The notes under the pieces were generated by a model that was given only the letters and a program-made list of their open reading frames with translations, did not search any database and was not told the DNA's origin. A DNA stretch of 61,173 bases, the filler included, from Bipalium vagum (lineage: Eukaryota), in the NCBI GenBank assembly GCA_037834085.1. It is 3 parts of 3 records of this genome, joined end to end, with 100 filler letters (N's around TTAATTAATTAA, not from the genome) between each part and the next. Parts side by side here need not be neighbours in the genome. Positions count along the whole stretch, not along the records: positions 45,197 to 61,173 come from JBBMKC010135110.1; 2 more parts are not named here. The stretch is one strand, 5' to 3'. Shown piece by piece: positions 52,623-61,173 of this stretch (position 1 is its first letter; every line of letters begins with the position of its first letter). The position numbers and the translations under genes were made by a program.

Positions 52623-55600
52623 GCCATTGATTATTCTTTTACTGCAGGCAAAATATTAAAGAGTTATTCTAAAAATAATTGAAATGTTTGTATTGATAAA
52701 TTATAAATTATTATTATTATACAGATCTTTTTTGTAATTCTTTCAATTTGATTTTAATCGATAAATTTCTAATATTGAATAAATAATCGACATTGATTTT
52801 ATCAATTTTTCGAAATTTTTTTATTTATATTGATATAATGAATTAAAAATTCTCAATCGACTTATTAATATTTTAATTGTTCAATTTTGTTTTCTAAATT
52901 CATAAAAAATCGAATTTTCTTTATATATAATAATGATTGATGAAGATTTTTTGATAAATATGATTTTGTCATTTGTTGAATTTTTTTCCTGTCGATCTTT
53001 ATAATCGACCAAAACTTTATATACTTTCGTACTTTGTTTGTTACTTTAATATACTGTCATAATTTTTAATTGTTTCCTGAGAATCTTTAATTTTGATTAA
53101 TATATTGCGAATTTTTTGTTCTCCGTAACAATGTTTAAAACCATTTCACTTCGTACGTTTTTCCATTATTTTATTTTAAATTTTTCACTCTCGAATTTAT
53201 TATTTGAAATGTGTTTTTAATTCACGCTACATTGACATTTATTTTTTTAATAATATATATTAATATTATAATTAATAAATTATAATTATGATTAAACAAA
53301 TCAATCTTTCAGAAAAATTCACATTATTATTATTATTATTGCACAAAAATGGAACAAGAATTTTACGGTTGTATTTATCTAAGTTTAAAAAGCGTTGATA
53401 CTTTTATGGCTTTCAATGGAGATATATGGCTAATATTGATTAAACGACTTTCTTTTGTGAAATATGGACATAAAAGTTCATTACACTGAATGATTGATTT
53501 TTAATATTATTTTATCAACTAAATCAGTGAACAAGAGTTCTTTCATCGATTATTTCTACCGAAAAATTATTTACTCGTAATATTGTTTTATGTTCAGTAC
53601 CAGCTATTGACAGATGAGGAAATGATAGGAGGTATATGATTATAAATAATATTTTGATCATTGTTTCCACTGAAATATTACCAAAAATGATTAATTTCCC
53701 CTGTAATTTTGAGTCTGTGTTGATAAATTTTATATGCTATCGTTCCAATATTCTTCGATTATATTTTTTAATGATATTGATATATGAATTGATTGGTTGG
53801 TGCTTTGATTTGCTTTGTCGAAAATTATTTATTATCAATTTTCAGCAGGATTTATGTATGATGCGAGCTAATAAGTGAGATAATATTTGTCGATTTAGTA
53901 TTTTTGCAGCATGTGTTAGCATGATGGAAATGGTGTTTGTATCATTTTTATAAGTTTTATTATAAACGAAAATGGTGGCAATGTAACCGGACCGCACCGG
54001 ATTACATGAAACCTCAATCAGTAGTTGTTAGCACATCAGCACTCAAAACTATAAAAATTCGGTGTGCACAAAATTAATTTTTTATTATAAAAGATGATAA
54101 TCATCATTTTATTTTGACTGTAACAGTCTCATTCTTGTGTATATTTATTTGTAATCAATGGGGAATCGGTCGAGGTTATAGTAGTTTACAAATAAAGTTA
54201 TATTTTTCTGCAACCATCTTTTTTTTTCACTTTCTTTTATTTGTATTTCCTTTTAATGATATGCAATGCATGCTGACTTTATAATCAATGTTCTTGTGAT
54301 AAATTTTTTATCAAATAATTTTTAGATCCAAAGAAATTGCAGCTATTCATTTTCTGGCAAGTCTTGAGAAACGTCATCAGAAATTGAAAAACATTGAAAA
54401 TCTGTACCATTTTAATACCTATCTCAAATCATCACTCAGTACTGGTGATTCCTCTTGTAATTCCTCAGTCGTTTTGGTACATGAATGAGATTTGGTTAAG
54501 ATATTGTTTAAAAAAAAGCTCATTGTACATATTATGAGACAACTATTCAGTCTTCCCTTTCATTTTTTGTTTGTGCAATATGTTTAAAAGTTAGCATTAT
54601 GAGATGTTTGTAACACGTCTCTTACCCAATTCTATTAACCCTTCAGCTCATTTAACAATTTTTGGTGCTTTCGCACTTGCGCTCTCCTCACAAAACATGT
54701 GCTATATATACATATATATATTGTGATGTATTATATATATTTTTATTTACTGTGCTTGTACAGATTATACATTTATTATTTATTGGTGATTCCCATAAAA
54801 TTACTACTTTAATCAAAGCATTAATGACATAAAATCTTATTGATTTGTCGAAACAACTTCCGTTTTATGGATTATTCTTTTATTATAAATGGTATTGTTC
54901 TAATGTAATGAATTGTCCATGTCTCTAAAAACAGAATTTTACGATCTCATTTGTATTATATATTCGAGTTTTGTATTGTTACCCTTACTCATTTTTAATT
55001 ATAATTTTTTCTAGTTCATTAAATTCAATAAATTTAATGGTATATATAAAATTAGTAATTTTATTATTGTAAGTTTAAGTACAATTTTTCGAAGCATGCT
55101 ACAATTTTCGATTAATTTAAATTGTAAGACCTCTTGTTACAAATGTATGTTTATTAAATTTATTTTAAATGTGTTACAAATTGTGTTGTAATTGAAAAAT
55201 TTGTAATATAATTTTTTTATTAATATTACCAATAGAATATTGAAATGAAGATATAACAAAGTGAACGTACTTTTATCAGATCAATAACAATTTGATTAAT
55301 AAAAATGTTTCCTACCGTATTTTCATTTCACAAAATAACTTGAATAATTTTCCCCACCTTGATCTCTTAAATAATCCCACTATTCTAAATAAAATATAAT
55401 AGTTGTGTTATCAATAGAAATGGTTTTAATCTTTCTGTTATCTTAATGAAACCGTTAATTATTCCTATAAATTTATCTCTAGATATTACTTAGAACCGCA
55501 CATGAGAATATTTTACATTTTGTATAGCATACAAAATTGCAAAAGCAAGAACAAATTTCTTTTGATATTCAAGTTCAGTATATGATCTTTATAAAGATAA

Positions 55601-56559
55601 ACAGTTTGGCCTGAGCACCTTGAATTCGGAATAAGCTATCTACATGTTACATTCTTTTAATGCTCTTTATAAAGTCTAGATTTAGTTTTAACTTGGTTTC
55701 AAAATCAGAAAAAACCTTACTGGTTACTTGAAAGAAAAGATGCTTGTGAATCATTACTAAAATGTTAGACGTTTTCATAATTAATATAAGTACTATTTTT
55801 GAGTTTTGTGAATGTAAAATTAATAATCTATCTTATGAGTGCAGGGAGCCTACTAATCACTGAAATTTTGATAAATAAACCAATAAGATAAGTAATTAAA
55901 TCAGTAATTTTCTCTTTTTAAATAAACGAATCAATTACACAAAATAAACAATTTCTTCAGGTTAATCGCCATAATAAAAATAGTTAATAGTATTCATACA
56001 AATCAACCAGAATAAACTGCTGAAATAATATGACAATAATAATACAAATACATATTTAAATCATTGAACATACTGATTAATAATATTAAAGCAGTATTTT
56101 AAAGAAACAATATTAATGTCAAAATACAAAGAAATAAAAATCAACAAAAAGAAAACACCCTTACCATTGGAGAACAATGTGTACCAAAAACTTCAGATAA
56201 ACTATGAACAGTCGCCTATAGAGCTACTAGTTCGGCACTATTAATTGTATAATCCTAATAAAGATAAGATAGACATTTAAGAAAATATGACAATTCTTCA
56301 ACAAATAATTTCTATTTCTTCTGTTCTTTTTCATTGAGCCCTCTGTCTTTAATAAATATTAAATCTGTTATTTAAATTATGCCAAAATAGTAACACTGTT
56401 GAACGATTTGTTGAAACGGAGACCAAAGCATTGAAAAAAAACATGAAAAAAGGAGAAGTTCGTTAATATGATTGAAAAATAAGTTAATAAATTCGTATGA
56501 TGAGACCAGCGATAGAGGGCGTTTGAACAGTTTAAAAAGTAATTAATTCAATAAACAGT

Positions 56560-56960
56560 ACTACAATATTCAGACACCGAAATCTTTATTTTTAATAACA
56601 GACCTTAATGGAAACCCAATTGGAGTGGTTTTATCTCAATAGGCCGAAGAAGACAAGAACATGTAACAACGCACGCATGTAGATGACTGAAGAAACACGA
56701 ACTTAATTACATCTCTATCAAAGAGTTATGGGCGATTGTATTCGCTATTCAAAAGTCAAAATACCTCGGAGGGCCAAAAACTATTCTGTTTACTTATCAT
56801 ACTCTGCTACAGTGGCTATTGAAGGACAGGGATACGGCCAATAGACTTATCGGATGAGTTCTGAAATTACAGGATTGCGACATGGAGATTCGATATCAAA
56901 AAGAAAGAGCAAATGCTAGCGTAAATACTCTATATAGAATGAAACAAGAGGAGCTGTGAA
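56560..56960 (+). mobile_element. Ty3/Gypsy LTR-retrotransposon RNase H remnant
   Basis: ITD...IGVVLSQ, ELNY, KELWAIVFAIQK, LQWL, LKLQDCDMEIRYQKERANASVNTLYR. Confidence 0.88.
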
Positions 56961-58785
56961 TAACCAAGATTATGAGAAGAGGACGAAAGTGTACTCGCTA
57001 ATATGGGCAGAGCTAATTCAGTGGAAAAAAGAGAAGCAGGAAAGAAGGAGGATTCAGAAATATAGCTAATTAAAGGATGCATGAAAAGTCAAGTGCCTGA
57101 AGGATGGTAGAAGACATAATCGTTTCAATAAAACCAAAATTTTAATGAATACACATTTTTAATCAACATTATAAATATAAAGACAAGTTTTTTACCTCCA
57201 AAATGAAAGAATCATTACAAAAATTAAAAAATATTTTATTGTACAAATATTCAACATATTTTATTATAGTTAGTTCGTTCTTCATAAGGTAAAGAATATA
57301 AAAGGTGAAAGTCAAAATGTATTTTTTTCAAACAAATCAGTAGTAAATAACATAACTCCTCCGTTGGAAAAGATTATTGGCACATACGCTTATTCGTTCG
57401 TCAAAAACATGTTTACAAATAAAATCCCCTTTGTGTGGCACATAAAATATACTAAAAATCAAAAATATTAAAAAATCAAAATCAAAAAATTTAAAACTGA
57501 AAAAATCAAAATTTTTCTTAAAAAATGGAAACCAAAAAAAACGATTTAAATAACCTATCCAATCTAGAAACAAATAAAATACAAAATAAATTTCCACAAC
57601 GTAAATATTATGAAATATATTTACGAGCAAAAAATTTTAATTTAGAAGAAAAAGATTTTAAATCTTATTCTAAAGATTTATTATGGTTAATAGATAACTG
57701 TACATTTGAACCATATAAAAATAAAATAAAAGAACAACATGAAAATCTAAATAGTATTATTTTTAATTACTCGAAAATAGATGAAAAATTTCAGACTAGG
57801 TAAAATTTTATTTTTTTTTATGTGAGCATGTTTTATTTTGAAATGAATTTTAAAAATGCTATTGAATTTGTTTCAGTAAAAACTGTTCAGATTAATCTAT
57901 TTGTAATTCAATAACTTTTCATTATATTTTTATTTATTAAATAATAAAATAATTAATTTTAGTGCGAATATATAGAATATTTTTATAGATTAATGTTCTT
58001 AATTTATAGTTTATAGCTAATTTATTTTAATTTTAAAACGATAGTTTATATTGCTTAATATATTTTAAATATTATTGAAGAGGAAGTAAATTGTCTTTTT
58101 CATTTTTAGAAATGTATAATATTGCAAAGTTAATTTTATAAATGGTTTTGTTATTTTCCATCTTATTACTTTTTTAAATTCTATAATAAGTTTAATATTT
58201 ATTTTTATTAAATGAAAAAACATTCAGTTTTTTATTTTATTTGTTAGTTAAATTAATGTTCTCTAAATTATCACAATATATTATTTTATCCACAAGTTTG
58301 TTATCTTGAAATTCCGCCCTACGTTTGTTTATTTTTTGGATTATTTAAAAAACAGATTTAAATATAAATTTTCATTAATTAATATTTTATTTTAAATTTT
58401 AGATATTTTAGATAAATGGGTAAGGTTTTAGAAAAAAATATCAATTTACAAAATCGATTAGATTCAAATAATGATGTGGAAAAATAATAATTGGTTAAAA
58501 CTTAGAAAAAATATTTTTGATAATTCTATATAGTAACTTTTGTGGAATGGCATTCCACTTTTTAGCCTTATTTTAGTATTTCTGTTTTTTAAATCATTGT
58601 ATATAAATGATTTAATAAATAAAATATTAAATAAATTTTTTATTTTAAATTTCTCAAATTTTTTCTTAAAAAATGTCGAGTGAAATCACAAAGGATAAAT
58701 GACAAAATATTATTTAAATAGATAAACCTAAATATATAACATTTAATCGAGAAAAATATTATCTCTCTAAAAAATAAGAAATGAA

Positions 58786-59280
58786 ATAAAAGATAAATTT
58801 GAGGATCACAGCACAGCTGTAAACGCCGAAAAACCAAAAGTTGGTGGTGTTCTTCCATTAATTCCAATACTTGGAGCAATCTTTGCAGGACTAGGAGCAG
58901 CAGGTGGAGTTGCAGGAGGAATTGCAACAGCTGTTCAAAATGCAAAAGAAGCAGCAAAAAATAATGCAGAGAAAGAAAAGATTGAATTGGAAAAATAGAA
59001 ATTAGAAATGGAAGTTGAAAAACTTAAACCTAAAGAGAAACAAAAATCTGGAGCTGGACTTTACTTCGATCCATATTTTGGAAAAAGGTTGAGAGATACT
59101 ATTTTAAATAGTTTAAAATATAAAAGTTTACAGAAATCTGAAAGGAAAGAATTAAAAAAATTATTGCTTTGTAAAAATAAAATTAAAATAATTAAACAAG
59201 GATCTGGGCTAGAGCCGAAGACTTGTTTTCTCAACTCAAAATTTTTTTTCCAATTAAAATTTTTCCCAACAATATTTTAA
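58786..59280 (+). pseudogene. Adenovirus pX-like (adintovirus 'X' domain) protein
   Basis: KPKVGGVLPLIPILGAIFAGLGAAGGVAGGIATAVQNAKEAAK...(one stop)...KSGAGLYFDPY. Confidence 0.75.
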
Positions 59281-59492
59281 AATTTAATTTAAAAAATGAT
59301 GTTCTTATCTTTTTGTCGAAGAATTTTTAGCTGAAGAATTTAATTTATCTTATAGAGAGCTAATGAGATAATTCAATTTGAATGAAATAAGTATGTATAC
59401 TGAATATTTAGATGAGGATGAATTATTTATTGAACATGATTAGTAAACTTAAACGAAAAAAATTAAAATATTTAAAATTTTATTTTTAAAAA

Positions 59493-59945
59493 ATGCAAGC
59501 TTTGCATACTGAAAGTGTTAGGACCGTAGGCTCGCTTTTGAAACCAAAGGTTTCGAGTCGATTTAAGATTTTAAAAACAAATACATTACTAAATTTTTTA
59601 TATAAATATGGAATTAACTCAACATCAATTTTTGATTTAATTGATATTGCTGAAAATTTAGAATTCCCATTAAAAGTTTTAATGAAGAATGAAGTAACAG
59701 AAAAACATCTCGAAAAAGAAATTCCAATAATTATTAATTATCAAAATACAAATCAAAAAGGAATTCATTGGGTTGGATATTATAAAACTTTTTACTTTGA
59801 TTCTTATGGTTTACCACCATTTGAAGATTAAGAAAAACATGTTAAAGAATAAAATAAATTTGATTTTCAATCTGAAACAGACTTAGAATATTATGGACAA
59901 TTATATTTATATGTTTTGTATCAACTTTTTCAGGGAAAAATTTGA
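59493..59945 (+). pseudogene. Adenain-type (C5) cysteine protease
   Basis: IIINYQNTNQKGIHWVGYYK...YFDSYGLPP; the same frame continues past stops to FQSETDLEYYGQLY, where the catalytic CG reads YG. Confidence 0.88.
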
Positions 59946-60006
59946 GAAAATTTAGAAGAAATAGAATATTTTATTTTTGAAAAGTTAAAATTAAAAATAA
60001 AAAAAT

Positions 60007-60326
60007 ATGGGTGATCAAGTATTTTTAATATTGCTGCAAATGGGGAATATATTTATACTAAAAATAAACCACCAATTTATTATGATGATAATGATAATGA
60101 AGAAATAAACGAAATAAATGAAGAAATTCAAAATATTCAAAATGACTCAGAAAATAAATTCTTAAATGTTACTGGAGATTTAATGAAAGGAATTTTAAAT
60201 ATGAATAATAATAAAATAATAAATACACCTGAAGCAAAAGATGATAATGATATTGTAAATTTAAAATTTGTAAGATCAATAGAAAAACAACTTCAGACTA
60301 AAATTGAAAATATTATAAAAAATTAG
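60007..60326 (+). pseudogene. Putative fibre/adhesin-like Polinton protein
   Basis: KFLNVTGDLMKGILNMNNNKIINTPEAKDDNDIVNLKFV followed by a coiled-coil-like segment. Confidence 0.45.
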
Positions 60327-61173
60327 AAAGCTTGATAGTGATATGGACACGAATTTTAAAGTTTCTCTTGAAAATTTCATAAAAAATATTCCAATATAAA
60401 AAATTATTGAAACCAAAAATATTAATGAATCTTCAAAAATTGAAACATAAAACTTTTATAAATCAAATAAAACCAAATATGAAAGATTTTTATGCATTCG
60501 AACTATGTAAAACATATGAAAAACTTAATCCAATTTCATGAAGATCATATTGGAAATCTTTGGTAAATGAAATTTCTAGTTAAAACAATTTTAAAATTTA
60601 TAAAGATAATTTTTGATATTTTCAAGGTGAATTAAGAACAATTTTAAAAGATAATTTTACTATTGTTTTAGTTGCAGAAAAAATTAATTATGAAATTAAT
60701 AATATTATTAATTTTGGAACAATGGTTAATAAACATGTTTTTGGTTGGTATAATAATAATTGAAAATATTTTTTGTTAATAAAAATCCAAAAGAACGAAC
60801 AAAAGTAACAGGATCTTCAGTTTTAAATCCTAAATTTGGAACTGATTTAATATTTTTAAAGTGTGTTAAATCAGAAAAATTTTTAAACTAATGAACATTT
60901 TTTTATTATTCTGAAAAAAAATTTTCAACAATTTTTCCTTCAATTAATAATTATAATTTTCAATTTAATTTAACAAATATAAAAATTTTTGAAATAATAA
61001 TTTTTAACAGAATTTTAATAGGTAGCCAAATGATAGAGATTGAAGATTTTATCAAAAGTTTCTATCCAAATATTCGATATAAAATTAAATATTAGATTTT
61101 TTAGAAATTATAAATCTCAAAATAATTATTGTAAATTTTTTATTAAAAAATGGAAAACGAATTTGGAAAACAA

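Larger units (their letters stand above)
57200..61173 (+). mobile_element. Polinton/adintovirus-like remnant 3 (runs off the window edge)
   Basis: Co-oriented decayed ORFs for a pX-like protein, an adenain protease and a fibre-like protein; left boundary approximate. Confidence 0.8.

Noticed and set aside
58640-58957. Leu/Gln-rich 105-aa minus-strand ORF
   Set aside because: Antisense of the Gly/Ala-rich pX-like frame on the plus strand.

Overview
Very AT-rich eukaryotic (metazoan) genomic scaffold with three N-gaps. The 45-65 nt minimal introns and composition are compatible with a planarian flatworm, which is inference only. Host genes reconstructed by hand: (1) a complete 8-exon HPRT gene on the minus strand (1023-14833, 229 aa) whose catalytic Asp position reads Glu; (2) the first exon of a secreted F-type-lectin-domain protein (19690-20164); (3) a 5-exon FoxN2/3 forkhead transcription factor (48578-52622, 751 aa); (4) a tRNA-Ala-like gene with a rebuilt anticodon arm; (5) a probable orphan exon at 25944. 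The rest is dominated by decayed DNA transposons (Tc1, mariner, rosa/maT, hAT, MITEs), a Ty3/Gypsy RNase H fragment and tandem repeats. Three remnants of Polinton/Maverick (adintovirus-like) endogenous viruses are present. Two of them together reconstruct a zinc-finger + parvovirus-type PLA2 + integrase polyprotein. The third carries a pX-like protein, an adenain protease and a fibre-like motif. All family assignments come from motif recognition by eye; no database search was run.
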